From the IMG/VR virus record IMGVR_UViG_3300032212_000076, positions 1 to 37,350 of that record: a stretch of 37,350 nucleotides of DNA; one strand, written 5' to 3'. Numbering within the stretch: the stretch's first letter is position 1; the number at the start of each line of letters is the position of its first letter. The notes under the pieces were generated by a model, which saw nothing but the letters and a program-made list of their open reading frames with translations, did not search any database and was not told where the DNA came from. The stretch is from a virus (Duplodnaviria > Caudoviricetes). Positions 1-9,535 of the stretch are shown piece by piece. The translations under genes and the position numbers were made by a program.

Positions 1-1577
1 GGGTCCATGATCCCTCGAGCTTGGTCCGATTTGACGCCCAGCGTTTGCATTACCAGCGGATCGCTCCCCATATTGGTGTGCAGATAATGGCCGGTTACCG
101 GTAGCAACTGACCGGGCCGCCGAAGCCGCCCGCGCATCTGATAGTGAACTTGTGGCGACCAGTCCAGTTCGCCAAACACGACATCGCTGCATGCTTGTTG
201 TAGGCCGTCCAGCCCTGACCCCGATCGCAGAGAGATCATCATCACACGCGAGTCGCTGTTGACGAAGCTCTGAACCGAACGGTCCTTGCCGGCCTTGCTT
301 TCGCTTCCGGTGTACATGACAGGATTGTAATCGGAGAGAGACTTTCCCCAAATCTCGTAAACATCGCGGTGCCAGCCTGCCAACAGAACCTTCTGCTTCT
401 CGCGCAGCAGCATTTTCACATAGAGCGCGACGCTCTTGGCCTTGCTGACCCCAGTCAGGTGGCGCATGCGGACATCGAGTTGCCGTGCCGCTTGCCCGCG
501 CTCTGTGAACGAACCGGTCAGCACCGTGTCGGCGATGCGCTTCAGAAGCTCTTCTTCGTCCTTGATTGCGGTGTCGTCGGCGTCAATCAGGTACTCGAGA
601 GTGTGTGCAGGTGGGAGAGATTGGTCGACAATGGCGTCATCCTCGCGCCTGCGAAGCATATAGCCAGACCGCTCGAGATAGGAGCCAAGCGCATCAGGGT
701 CTTGGACAGCGCCTTTCCATCCGCACCATTCACGCATGAATTCCTCACGCGATCCGAGAAGCCCATCGTGCAGGTAGCTCATCACGGTGAAGATCTCGTC
801 GCCATAGTTGAAGATCGGCGTTGCCGACAGGCCAAGCTTCACTTCAGCGCGGCCGGAAAGCACTGCGGCTGCCCTGCCTTTCGCCGCCTCGGTGCCCTTC
901 CGAAGTTGCTGGATCTCGTCATAGGCGACGGATTTGAAAAGACCGCGGGAGAACACGTCGACCCAACCAGCGAGCATGTTGTAACTGAAGACCACGACAT
1001 CGGAGACGGGCAGGCGGTACGGCGTACTTTGCTTGACGGCATGGGCGCGCAGGTGCGTGAACTTCGTGATCTGGCGTGTCCACTGACGGACAAGGTGCGG
1101 CTCGACCACGATGGCCATTGGCAATGGAGCGCCGCCAACAGCGAGGGCAAAAGTCGATATTGTCTTGCCCAGCCCGACATCATCGCCAAGCAACAGAGCG
1201 CCATTGTCGAGGCATAGGGCAGCGGCTTGCGCCTGATAGAGATATGGTGCGTAAGGCTCTTTGAAGCCAGCAAGCGGTGGCGGTGTCCACTTTTCGGAGA
1301 GCATCACTGCCCTTGCCTTCTCTCGCTTTGCTATCCTTTGTGCGCCCCGGGCCAGACGCGGCTTCTGCTTCGTTTCCAGAGGATAGCGTTGACAGAACCA
1401 CTCGAGATCCGCGCGAACCTCGTCGCTGTCGGACAGAATATGTTCGTCCTCACCCTTCCGGATTTGTGTGAACAAGCGCTTGAAGACAATCGCGACGTCG
1501 GGCCGCAATTGCTTCACTCGCCAGTAATAGTTTCCCTTCGAATCCGTAGCGAAGGTCAGCTTGCCATTTATAGCCAT
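1..1577 (-). CDS. SNF2-family (SF2) helicase, 3' end truncated by the window edge
   Basis: Absent from the ORF track because it has no stop in the window. Manual translation from ATG 1577 (MAINGKLTF...) gives motif I LLGDDVGLGKT, motif II YDEIQ, motif III LSATP and C-terminal SGLDGLQ...ELDWSP...QMRGRLRRPGQ. The same frame holds at base 1. Confidence 0.92.
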   Translation of the reverse strand, partial: MAINGKLTFATDSKGNYYWRVKQLRPDVAIVFKRLFTQIRKGEDEHILSDSDEVRADLEWFCQRYPLETKQKPRLARGAQRIAKREKARAVMLSEKWTPPPLAGFKEPYAPYLYQAQAAALCLDNGALLLGDDVGLGKTISTFALAVGGAPLPMAIVVEPHLVRQWTRQITKFTHLRAHAVKQSTPYRLPVSDVVVFSYNMLAGWVDVFSRGLFKSVAYDEIQQLRKGTEAAKGRAAAVLSGRAEVKLGLSATPIFNYGDEIFTVMSYLHDGLLGSREEFMREWCGWKGAVQDPDALGSYLERSGYMLRRREDDAIVDQSLPPAHTLEYLIDADDTAIKDEEELLKRIADTVLTGSFTERGQAARQLDVRMRHLTGVSKAKSVALYVKMLLREKQKVLLAGWHRDVYEIWGKSLSDYNPVMYTGSESKAGKDRSVQSFVNSDSRVMMISLRSGSGLDGLQQACSDVVFGELDWSPQVHYQMRGRLRRPGQLLPVTGHYLHTNMGSDPLVMQTLGVKSDQARGIMD

Positions 1578-1921
1578 TGTCTACCCAAATTGACGACATA
1601 CACAGGTTTCCCGCCAATATCGGCGGGCACCTCGAGAGCTTTGAGCGTGACCAGCAGAATTGCCGACACGCAATCAAGCGCGGCGTAGCGCTCAAGCTGC
1701 TTGAGAATCGCCCGCCCCTGTCCTTTGACTTTCAACTCGACGCAGATGCCGCCGTCAATGAAGAAATCGAAGCGATCGCGGTCGCTGGCGCGGTATTCTG
1801 ACCAAGCAACCAGGTTGGACCTCGCAATGACGTCGCTGATGTCTGCATGGAGCGCAGCTTCGTTTGAAACACGGTATGGACCGCTGCGGGCGATCAAGTT
1901 TCCAACTTGCTGTGCATTCAC
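1568..1921 (-). CDS. small PD-(D/E)XK-family nuclease
   Basis: E...RFDFFIDGGICVELK...KQLERYA matches the D...ExK...QxxxY pattern; overlaps the helicase start. Confidence 0.75.
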   Translation of the reverse strand: MNAQQVGNLIARSGPYRVSNEAALHADISDVIARSNLVAWSEYRASDRDRFDFFIDGGICVELKVKGQGRAILKQLERYAALDCVSAILLVTLKALEVPADIGGKPVYVVNLGRQWL

Positions 1922-2208
1922 TTCTGCTCTCCGATCATCCGGTCGACATAATTGACGACCTCGCTGCGTCTCTGAAGTGTTGGTACTTCGCCTTCAGGGA
2001 TTTCGACGTCGAACTCTTCCTCGACGGCCATGATGAACTCCACCCTGTCGAGACTGTCGAGAGGGGTGGGGTCACCGGGCAGTCGCAGTCGCGGCGGCTT
2101 GCCCTGTTCGCCAATGTCGACGAATATCTCATCACTGGAAAACAGCGTCAGCGCGTCGTCGCCGAAGTATTCTCTGAATAGGCTGTCTATGCGGTCTGCG
2201 GTGGTCAA
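1918..2208 (-). CDS. acyl carrier protein-like protein
   Basis: LDSLDRVEFIMAVEEEFDVEIPE closely matches the ACP core ([22 protein letters not shown] in E. coli AcpP). The phosphopantetheine Ser codon is at 2053-2055. 4-nt overlaps with both neighbours. Confidence 0.88.
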   Translation of the reverse strand: MTTADRIDSLFREYFGDDALTLFSSDEIFVDIGEQGKPPRLRLPGDPTPLDSLDRVEFIMAVEEEFDVEIPEGEVPTLQRRSEVVNYVDRMIGEQK

Positions 2209-3074
2209 TTGTCATCTCCGAAGAATTGTGGTCGTTCTGGTTGATTGGCTGCTGCGGCTGGGTTGAGCCATAGGCACTCTACCCGTGGTCGGCCGCCATC
2301 GGCCCATGCGTCTTTTGTCACTCTGGTCCACCCGGTCAGGGCGGCGTCGTAAGTCTCGTGCGGATACCCGGAAAGCACCACCATCCCGTCAACGCCGGTG
2401 AGAAATTCAAGGAGAGACGCATGGTCCTCTATGGTCATCTCGTGCTTGTAGACGTGAAAGCCAGCGCCGCGCCGCCGATTGCCCTTTGATCGTGTTTCCG
2501 GATGGTAGGGAGGGTCCACGTAGAACAGCGTTTCAGGGGAATCGAGTCCACGCATCAGTTCGATCGCGTCTATGTTTTCGATCACCACGGAGCGTAGGCG
2601 CGCGATTGTGGTCGACAGCGCGGTTGGGTAGTTTTCCCACTCGCGTGATGGAAACTTAGATGCTGCCGTCACTGTCCTTCGGAAGCCGGTTTTGTATTCA
2701 CCAGCCGTTCCATCGCTGCCGTAGCCCATGAAGCTGCGGACAATCGTGCGCCGGGCAGCCTCGACTATATCGTCTGTAGGCTCATACGCTGCGTCGAACT
2801 CTTCTCGAGCAAATGGCGTGCGAACCAACAACTGTTGTAGCTCGTTCGACATGATGGGATCCCGCAAGACCCGAAACAGGTCATAGATGGTGCTGTCCAG
2901 ATCGTTGTAGCATTCCGCTGTCGCCGGCTCCTTTTGGAGCAAAACTGACGCGGCGCCACCGAATGGTTCGACGTAGGCGCGATGCACTGGGAAGTGGCTA
3001 GTTATCCATTTCGCAATGCGCCACTTCCCGCCGTGGTATCTAACGACTGGTCGGCGCTTATGCGCTCCCATCAT
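2205..3074 (-). CDS. Dam-like (D12 class) DNA adenine methyltransferase
   Basis: RYHGGK, YVEPFGGAASV (SAM binding), YND, FYVDPPY (catalytic). Start moved to ATG 3074, which overlaps the upstream gene's end. Confidence 0.93.
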   Translation of the reverse strand: MMGAHKRRPVVRYHGGKWRIAKWITSHFPVHRAYVEPFGGAASVLLQKEPATAECYNDLDSTIYDLFRVLRDPIMSNELQQLLVRTPFAREEFDAAYEPTDDIVEAARRTIVRSFMGYGSDGTAGEYKTGFRRTVTAASKFPSREWENYPTALSTTIARLRSVVIENIDAIELMRGLDSPETLFYVDPPYHPETRSKGNRRRGAGFHVYKHEMTIEDHASLLEFLTGVDGMVVLSGYPHETYDAALTGWTRVTKDAWADGGRPRVECLWLNPAAAANQPERPQFFGDDN

Positions 3075-3486
3075 CCGCCCCCGCGTCGACCAACGCCGAG
3101 ACGTCGGGTAGGTCGCCATCGGGGTCTGGCTCTTCGACGCATTCTTCAGGGTCGAGCCACAAGATCATATCCTTGCACCAAGCCATGTCGACAGGGGCAC
3201 CGACGAAGCCGCTGTTCGGACCCAAGCCAAACAGAAGGCCATAGCCAACGGTGATCTTGCTCTTGTCCAGTCCCCGGATCTTAAATCCTGGCACGTCGTC
3301 GGCAAGGTACTGGGCGGCGGCGACCATCAGCGGCTTGCCGTCAATATCGAGAAGGTGCGCATGAGCAATCTGCTCTGAAGCGACTTCCTTCGCGATCCGT
3401 TGCTGGTAATGGCGCTTTTGGTCAGGCCACTTGCGCTGAAGGACCGTGCGGCGGATTGGGTCGACGCGGAATACGATGTAGCTCAT
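3058..3486 (-). CDS. hypothetical protein
   Basis: 142-aa ORF coupled by overlaps to the primase and the methylase; no motif recognised. Confidence 0.7.
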   Translation of the reverse strand: MSYIVFRVDPIRRTVLQRKWPDQKRHYQQRIAKEVASEQIAHAHLLDIDGKPLMVAAAQYLADDVPGFKIRGLDKSKITVGYGLLFGLGPNSGFVGAPVDMAWCKDMILWLDPEECVEEPDPDGDLPDVSALVDAGADDGSA

Positions 3487-5099
3487 TTGCGTGGTTTCTC
3501 CATTAGAAAGGCTCGCAGCATATCTTCCAATTGCTGGTCGCTGTTGATGTTGAGTTTGAGGGTGACGCTTTGCCGAAGCGCCATGAGTTGGCCTTCGAAG
3601 CCTTGACGCTCCAAAGCCGGGACCAAACCGGACGGTTCTTCAGCGCCATCGCATACAATGTCGATCACGCCTTCGAAAAGCTCGGTGCCGAACTGGCCGC
3701 CTTGAGGGAAAAGGCGCACGACCGAATCGAAATGTCGAAAGAGGACGGCAGGACGGTCAATCATTGCAACCAAGAACGCCACACGCATGGCATCGGCTGG
3801 TGATTGGCGCGGTGCGGATGGTTGGCTGTTGTAATTGCCGCGAAAATCGTCGGTTCTGCCAAGGAGAGTGGCGATTTCTTGACCGTAAGCGGCCTTTACG
3901 TCGCCATTTTTGATCGATTTGACCAATTCCCTCGCTTCAGAGCGCAATTTGGCACGGGAATCGGGGTTTCTCGGGTCGTTCTTTTCCACCAGGTCGTCCC
4001 ACAAGACCTTCAGGAGCGAAACAGCGCCGTCAATGGCCGCATTGATACCGTCTGCACCGCTTTCGCGCGCAATATCGTCTGGATCGGCCCCATTTGCGGG
4101 AAAAACGAACGAAAGTGACTTGCCCGGCTGCAAAAGCGGCAAAGCGCGCTCGGCAGCGCGTACGGCAGCCTTTTTGCCTGCGTTGTCACCATCCAGCATG
4201 AAAATTGGCTTATCTGCTATCTGCCACATGCCACGAAGTTGATATTCGGTCACTGCGGTGCCGTTTGGCGCCACCACCTCGTGAATTCCAACCATATCGA
4301 GGCCAATGACATCCATATAGCCCTCAACGACGATCAGGCGCCCTGCTTTGCGCGCTTCCGGCGCTGCACGGTGATGGTTGAACAGTGTGCGGCCCTTGTC
4401 GAACGCTGGGCTGTCGGCAGAGTTGAGATATTTAGGCTCACCCTTGCCAAGAACGCGTCCACCGAAGCCTATGACGTGGCCACGGGCGTCATGGATCGGG
4501 ATCATCACGCGACGCCGGAAGAAGTCGTAATTGCCGTCGTCGCCCTCTTTGACCAAGCCAAGTGTCGACAGAAGCTTCGTCTCTGCGCTCCATTTGCGCT
4601 CAAGGACTGAACCTTGGCCCTTTGCAACGGGCGGCGCCCATCCAATCCTGAATTTGGTCACAGTGTCGGCGGTCATCCCGCGAGAGGCCAGATAGTTCTT
4701 GGCTTCGTCGTTGCCCATCAGGTTTTCGTAGAAGTGTTCGGCGACAGCTTCGTTGACGCCAGCCAGCCGATCGCGGAACTGGGCGCGTTTGATGTCTTGT
4801 GGATCTTGAGCGGGTACTTCCAATCCCGCGATCTCTGCCAGCGCCTTGATGGCGTCCATGAAAGACATGTTCTCGTGGTCGACCATCCAACTGATGACAT
4901 CGCCATGCGCGCCGCATCCGAAGCAATGGTAGAACTGCTTGCCATCGTTGACGTAGAAGCTCGGCGTCTTCTCGTCATGGAACGGGCAGCAGCCCTTCCA
5001 CTCTCGCCCGCTCTGCTTGATCTTATGCGTTCGCTGGACGAGCGACGACATGCTGACGCGGGTGCGCAACTCGTCCATAAACTGGCGGGGGATGGTCAC
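3483..5099 (-). CDS. dnaG: DnaG-type DNA primase
   Basis: CHC2 zinc finger (CPFHDEKTPSF...CFGC), FRRRVMIPI, GFGGR, PKYLNS, Toprim VEGYMD...DGD, DPDD. Likely GTG start at 5099 overlapping the upstream TGA. Confidence 0.96.
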   Translation of the reverse strand: MTIPRQFMDELRTRVSMSSLVQRTHKIKQSGREWKGCCPFHDEKTPSFYVNDGKQFYHCFGCGAHGDVISWMVDHENMSFMDAIKALAEIAGLEVPAQDPQDIKRAQFRDRLAGVNEAVAEHFYENLMGNDEAKNYLASRGMTADTVTKFRIGWAPPVAKGQGSVLERKWSAETKLLSTLGLVKEGDDGNYDFFRRRVMIPIHDARGHVIGFGGRVLGKGEPKYLNSADSPAFDKGRTLFNHHRAAPEARKAGRLIVVEGYMDVIGLDMVGIHEVVAPNGTAVTEYQLRGMWQIADKPIFMLDGDNAGKKAAVRAAERALPLLQPGKSLSFVFPANGADPDDIARESGADGINAAIDGAVSLLKVLWDDLVEKNDPRNPDSRAKLRSEARELVKSIKNGDVKAAYGQEIATLLGRTDDFRGNYNSQPSAPRQSPADAMRVAFLVAMIDRPAVLFRHFDSVVRLFPQGGQFGTELFEGVIDIVCDGAEEPSGLVPALERQGFEGQLMALRQSVTLKLNINSDQQLEDMLRAFLMEKPRK

Positions 5100-5293
5100 T
5101 GAATTTCCTTCCAATCGATATACGGGAACACACGGTCGACGGCTGGCATCCCGTGTGATCTATCGCCACAGGTGTGGACGAACATGGGAGGATTCGTCGG
5201 CCGTTGCTCTCCGGTGAAGTGCAGGGCTGCTCCGCAAACGGCACAAAGAAGGTCCACGCGCACTGGCATGACTGGTGTTTCTCTGCATTTCAT
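5096..5293 (-). CDS. small Zn-ribbon-like hypothetical protein
   Basis: MKCRETP...CAVC...HTC; ATGA/GTGA overlaps at both ends. Confidence 0.6.
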   Translation of the reverse strand: MKCRETPVMPVRVDLLCAVCGAALHFTGEQRPTNPPMFVHTCGDRSHGMPAVDRVFPYIDWKEIQ

Positions 5294-5478
5294 CCGTGGG
5301 TCTGTCCTTCTGCCCAATTGGCCTCGCGATAGCACTCTCGACATACGCGCGGATCACACGGTTGGGTTGAACCGTCGTTCTGGCGGAATTGGTGCATCCG
5401 TTGCTGGGTTGGATTGCCCTCAACACGGATGCGATAACATGGTCCCGTCTTCGTCGGGAACGGCGAGATGTAGCTCAC
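5290..5478 (-). CDS. small Cys-containing hypothetical protein
   Basis: 62-aa ORF filling the gap with 4-nt overlaps on both sides; CRECY motif. Confidence 0.55.
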   Translation of the reverse strand: MSYISPFPTKTGPCYRIRVEGNPTQQRMHQFRQNDGSTQPCDPRVCRECYREANWAEGQTHG

Positions 5479-5942
5479 TCGTCACCCGAATAATTTGGTA
5501 GAAGAGGCTGCATGTCACCGGTATCGTAGGCGTGGGTAATGATCGGTCTGGTGTGTTCTGCGACCGTCTTCCCATCAGGCATAACGATGTTGGCCATGAA
5601 TTCGTCATCAAACTCGCTTATGGCGCTCTCGACCGCCTCGAGCTTGGCTTTTACAACCAGGTTGAGCGCCCGCCACCGCTGACGACATGCTTTCTCCCAT
5701 TCGTTGAGCGCGCTTTCCGTTGTTCGCGCGCCGCGGCTGTGGTGAGTGAACTCACGGTCAGTTTTGTCAGGCATTGCGAGAATGAAGCGCACCTGACGGT
5801 TTTCCATGGTAAAGGCAATCATCGCCTTGCCTTCATCCCATCCGGTGAAGAAGCTGCTGGCCCCATACCGCTCGATAGTGCGCTCCAACTCTGCCTTGCT
5901 ATTGGCGACTGACACCTTCGTGTCTCTTGCAAACTGTCCCAT
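5475..5942 (-). CDS. phage hypothetical protein
   Basis: T-x-V...S...E...RYGA and RQRWRALNLVVKAKLEAVE...F..EF resemble a recurrent phage early-region protein; function unknown. Confidence 0.75.
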   Translation of the reverse strand: MGQFARDTKVSVANSKAELERTIERYGASSFFTGWDEGKAMIAFTMENRQVRFILAMPDKTDREFTHHSRGARTTESALNEWEKACRQRWRALNLVVKAKLEAVESAISEFDDEFMANIVMPDGKTVAEHTRPIITHAYDTGDMQPLLPNYSGDE

Positions 5943-6214
5943 TACTTTGCTTCCCTTGATTGTTTGAAGACGATTGTTTCCCTTGCAGCGACGAACATTG
6001 GGTCGCCGGTACGTGGATTGCGGGTTTCATGTGCGCGCCGCTTTTGGATGCGGAACGTACCGACGTGCGGCAAGATCAGCATCCCATGCTCTTGCGTGAC
6101 GGACATGACCGATTTCAGCACAGTGTCGACAACGGCTCTACCGGATGCTTCGGACAGGCTGTGCTTCGCCATCACCTCGGCGATCACGTCGCCTTTGGTT
6201 CCTCTACGAGCCAT
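5942..6214 (-). CDS. HU/IHF-family DNA-binding protein
   Basis: TKGDVI...VGTF...RRAHETRNPRTG...VFKQS matches the HU signature. Start moved to ATG 6214, which has a GGAGG SD. Confidence 0.9.
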   Translation of the reverse strand: MARRGTKGDVIAEVMAKHSLSEASGRAVVDTVLKSVMSVTQEHGMLILPHVGTFRIQKRRAHETRNPRTGDPMFVAARETIVFKQSREAK

Positions 6215-7346
6215 CTGCCGCCTCCATAGCAAAGTCGGTTCGCTTGTTGTCGACGGTTTCGCCGGCGCCGACGTAGATTTGATCGGGACAGTGCGCAACG
6301 AACGAGTTGTGTTCGGCCATTAGGTCATCGAGATCCTTCTCGGTCTTGCAGCCTTTCACCTGATCGGAGAACCAGCCGCACCACTTGCGCCAGCCGTCAT
6401 CATCCTCGGGCATGTTAATTTTTTCTTCCTCATTTGAGGCGGAAGAATTGGACATGGCTTCTTCGCGTTTAAGATTTGCACCCTCATTCGCGGTGTCGTT
6501 TCTTAAACGCTGCCCAGCCTCAACGACTTCGCCTTCCGGTTCGTCGTCTGATAGGATCTGCACGCCCGCGCCGGTCCCCGCCTGATTTTCGATGGCGGCC
6601 GCCTGTCGCGGACGCTGCGGGATTTTCATCGGGCTGCTGTTGTGGCCGATGCCCGGACTTTCCATTTCGTACATGTCACCTTGTTCTGTGTCGACAATGT
6701 CGCGATCGCCCAACGGAAGCATCTTGCGGTGACGGCGAACAACTGATTTCTTCGACATCTCGCCGGGCCAAGCCTTCCACACCACATCGTAGCTTGCAGC
6801 GGCGCGCACTTGAGCGAGATCGGCCATGCCCATCACTTCGAAGGTTTTGTGGCCGCTTTTCAACGTGGCGACAGAATAGGCGGCGATGATTTTGGCGTCT
6901 TTCTTGCGCTCGAGGTTAGGAGCGTGATGGATGCCCGGGTTCGTGCCCTTCTGGACGTGATATTCGTCGCCCTCGTAGACAACGTCGACCTCCATCGCGA
7001 CAACCTCTTTGCCGCGATAGATCTGCTGCACCAACCCGAATGCCATTGGCATGTATTGGGCCATCTTCTTCTTGGCACCCTGATTGCGGCCCTTCTGGCT
7101 CATCTTACGCTCGACAAGTGCGGCTTCCCTGCCGTCAATGCGCAGCCCGTCGTAGGCGGCCTTCATGCACGCCTGCGTGATTGACCCGGGTGTGCAGTCA
7201 AGAATTTGAGGGAATTGCAAAAGCGCTTGCTGCGTCGTGGCAATGAAGCGCTCATAAGGCAGGTCGTCAGGCAGGACGTGCCGGATCTCGTTCTCGCTGT
7301 TGGACAGGTTCTTCAGAACCGTCGACAGGGTGTTCTCTCTACTCAT
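6204..7346 (-). CDS. recT: RecT-family single-strand annealing recombinase
   Basis: CTPGSI..ACMKAA.DGL..DG.EA, VYEGDEY, AAYSVA, W..WPGEMSKKSVVRR; disordered linker plus a helical C-terminal domain. Confidence 0.88.
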   Translation of the reverse strand: MSRENTLSTVLKNLSNSENEIRHVLPDDLPYERFIATTQQALLQFPQILDCTPGSITQACMKAAYDGLRIDGREAALVERKMSQKGRNQGAKKKMAQYMPMAFGLVQQIYRGKEVVAMEVDVVYEGDEYHVQKGTNPGIHHAPNLERKKDAKIIAAYSVATLKSGHKTFEVMGMADLAQVRAAASYDVVWKAWPGEMSKKSVVRRHRKMLPLGDRDIVDTEQGDMYEMESPGIGHNSSPMKIPQRPRQAAAIENQAGTGAGVQILSDDEPEGEVVEAGQRLRNDTANEGANLKREEAMSNSSASNEEEKINMPEDDDGWRKWCGWFSDQVKGCKTEKDLDDLMAEHNSFVAHCPDQIYVGAGETVDNKRTDFAMEAADGS

Positions 7347-8032
7347 CGGATGCCAGTTCCTTCTACGGTTGTCTTCTCGACGCCGGGAACGTCAGGAAAG
7401 TGTTTGGCCATCGACTTCACGACCTGGATGATCGCGTCATGGACAGCGGTGGTGTTGAGGATGTGGTCAGGGATCGCCCTGACGTCGGTGACTTTGTAAG
7501 CGGTGGTGGTGGTGTCGACGACCTTGGTGCCGTAATCACCGCGGGCCACGACCGTCTTAGCTTTGGCTCTTGGCTTCGGCGGCACAGGTGATGTGACGGC
7601 TGGGCCTTTGGCTACATCGCCAAGGATGGCGGCTTGCTCTGCCTGCTGCTCATCGCGGCGGCGCTTCTCTTCTCGGTTCCACCTATTTAGGCGCGCGAGC
7701 AAGTCATCCGCAGCTTCGATGAGTGGTTCGACGAATTCATCGTGAACTGCCTTCGCCTTGTCAGCAGCTTCGCGGTATGGCTTTGTTCGCTCGACACGTT
7801 CGCCCGACATTTTGTCGCGGAACGCCTTCACGATTGCGAGAAGGTCGCCAGCTTCGCCAGCCGATATACGGTCGACAACATCTTTGGCGCCCAATGCGCC
7901 GATGATTTCGTCCCGCCTGTCTTCGTAGGGCGTCTGTCCGTCTCGCTGTTCGTTGACCAGCATTTCGATGGGTGATGGCGGCTGGTTGTGACCCATGCCG
8001 CCGCCAGCTTCAGGGACTTCAGGTTCGATCAC
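7343..8032 (-). CDS. coiled-coil recombination-module protein (Gp157/DUF1351-like, tentative)
   Basis: Long predicted helix (ER.ERTKPY...) and C-terminal D.RAIP...VPGV...IR; lies directly upstream of recT; GTG start overlaps the ASCH stop. Confidence 0.55.
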   Translation of the reverse strand: MIEPEVPEAGGGMGHNQPPSPIEMLVNEQRDGQTPYEDRRDEIIGALGAKDVVDRISAGEAGDLLAIVKAFRDKMSGERVERTKPYREAADKAKAVHDEFVEPLIEAADDLLARLNRWNREEKRRRDEQQAEQAAILGDVAKGPAVTSPVPPKPRAKAKTVVARGDYGTKVVDTTTTAYKVTDVRAIPDHILNTTAVHDAIIQVVKSMAKHFPDVPGVEKTTVEGTGIR

Positions 8033-8436
8033 AATGCAAAGCCCTCGGGTGGCATCCACTCCCAAAAGCCCTGTTTCCCTGTGGCTGGGATAGGCTCTGG
8101 TAGAGCGCGAACGTCCTGTAATATCCAGCCAAAGCGGCCTGGGTAATAATCCCCATAGTGTCGCTCAAGCCCGCTAATCGTAGAAACGATGTCTTCCGCT
8201 CGCTCAACGTCAACAAGATCGCAGGTGGCGACAACGGCGCCAAGCGGTAGACGCTCTGGCATACGCCCAAGTGCGCGCTCTTCAGCGGCGAACTCACGCT
8301 CTGCCCGCGTCCAGCGTTTAGCGGCATGGATTGCCAGTGGCCCGCGGTATTTTGTCGACCAGCCGCGCGTTTCAATGCTCTTGTGGCCAAGTGCGATAGC
8401 TGACGCCCATGGCTGCCAAAGGGATATGGCTTTCAT
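8029..8436 (-). CDS. ASCH domain protein
   Basis: MKAISLWQPWASAIALGHKSIETRGW...RGPLAIHAA...GKQGFW is the ASCH signature. ATG at 8436. Confidence 0.92.
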   Translation of the reverse strand: MKAISLWQPWASAIALGHKSIETRGWSTKYRGPLAIHAAKRWTRAEREFAAEERALGRMPERLPLGAVVATCDLVDVERAEDIVSTISGLERHYGDYYPGRFGWILQDVRALPEPIPATGKQGFWEWMPPEGFAL

Positions 8437-8966
8437 TCGGATGTTTCCTCCATGACTTCGTGATAGTTGAACCGCTCGACGCACTTGTCGACGGTGATGG
8501 TTTCTTCGGAGAAGCCTTCGACCTCGCCGTTGTAGGTGAACGCCTTCTTCGGCACCGCAATCTCATTGTTGGCGAATGCCTTGCCTGCCTTGGTCGCGCG
8601 CCACATGCCCGAATGCTTGTCTTCGTCGTCGGCAGACGGCTTGCGCTGGACAAGCCCCCACCAGCGAAGCGTCGCAAGCTGATTGGATCGCAAAAGCCAT
8701 TTGGGAGCCGTCTTCGGCACATCCATCCAAGTGCCGTCAGCAGAGTGATGAGCGAGCCAGATTAGCGATCGCGCCATGGTCTTGTTGATGGACCGGGCAT
8801 AGACCTTGCCCCAACGATCACAGCACGGACACACGCCACCACCACCTTGGATCGTTTTGCGCCAGTCGGCACGCGCCAATTGCATGTCTGTCGACGACTC
8901 GCCGGGGTCATGGGCGTGTTCGCCTTCGCGTGCGGTGACGCCAGTGTGAGCAAACAGATCAGTCAT
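8433..8966 (-). CDS. hypothetical protein (CPCC motif, possible winged helix)
   Basis: Start MTDLFAH at 8966; CPCC, then L..LRWWGLV...GMWRATKAG, which resembles a wHTH wing. Confidence 0.6.
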   Translation of the reverse strand: MTDLFAHTGVTAREGEHAHDPGESSTDMQLARADWRKTIQGGGGVCPCCDRWGKVYARSINKTMARSLIWLAHHSADGTWMDVPKTAPKWLLRSNQLATLRWWGLVQRKPSADDEDKHSGMWRATKAGKAFANNEIAVPKKAFTYNGEVEGFSEETITVDKCVERFNYHEVMEETSE

Positions 8967-9246
8967 CGCGCTTCTCGCGCTCAAGCGCTGGAATACCTCG
9001 TCGGTACGCTCGTGCTGGCTTGAATTCTGCCTTGGCGTAGAATGGAATGCCATTGATGTCGCAAATCCAGTTTGGGTCACGTTTCGTGCGGTCTATGTTT
9101 GGATTGGCGCGCTCGAGCATTGCATTGATGGCTTGTGCATCTCGATCAACATGCACGTTGACGCTAATGGTGCCATCTAGCCCGATTTCACGCATGGCCT
9201 CACGTAAGTGAGCGGCAGCGTCGCAAATGAGTGTAATGTCATCCAT
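8959..9246 (-). CDS. hypothetical protein
   Basis: MDDITLIC... start overlaps the upstream stop; operon-coupled. Confidence 0.6.
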   Translation of the reverse strand: MDDITLICDAAAHLREAMREIGLDGTISVNVHVDRDAQAINAMLERANPNIDRTKRDPNWICDINGIPFYAKAEFKPARAYRRGIPALEREKRDD

Positions 9247-9529
9247 TGCGATAGCCCTCGACCAATGCCTGCAAGACGTTTCGGTCGTCATCTTGAGTTT
9301 GGTAGACATAGAGCCGTTCCTCACGGGCGCCCTCTGAAAAAAACAAGTCTCTACGGAGGTAGAGCGTCACCTTCCTGCCAAGCGATCTTGGATTATCTGG
9401 CTCATCTGTCCTTTCACCGGGGATGTGCCCTTGAACGAATTCAACGCTTGGCAGCGGAACATCGTTGCTATCTGTTTGAATTGCCCGGCGCTGGCCATCG
9501 GCTGGCCCACCAATGAAAAGTGGCATCAT
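9239..9529 (-). CDS. hypothetical protein
   Basis: AGGAG SD; N-terminal FIGGPADG motif typical of small phage proteins. Confidence 0.7.
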   Translation of the reverse strand: MMPLFIGGPADGQRRAIQTDSNDVPLPSVEFVQGHIPGERTDEPDNPRSLGRKVTLYLRRDLFFSEGAREERLYVYQTQDDDRNVLQALVEGYRNG

Positions 9530-9535
9530 GTTCTC

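Noticed and set aside
369-1217. 282-aa plus-strand ORF
   Set aside because: Antisense shadow of the SNF2 helicase, which has clear motifs on the minus strand.
1-3074. Methylase + nuclease + SNF2 helicase as a restriction or defence system
   Set aside because: Each is a common stand-alone phage early gene, the nuclease is only 117 aa, and no specificity subunit is present. Not excluded, but unsupported.
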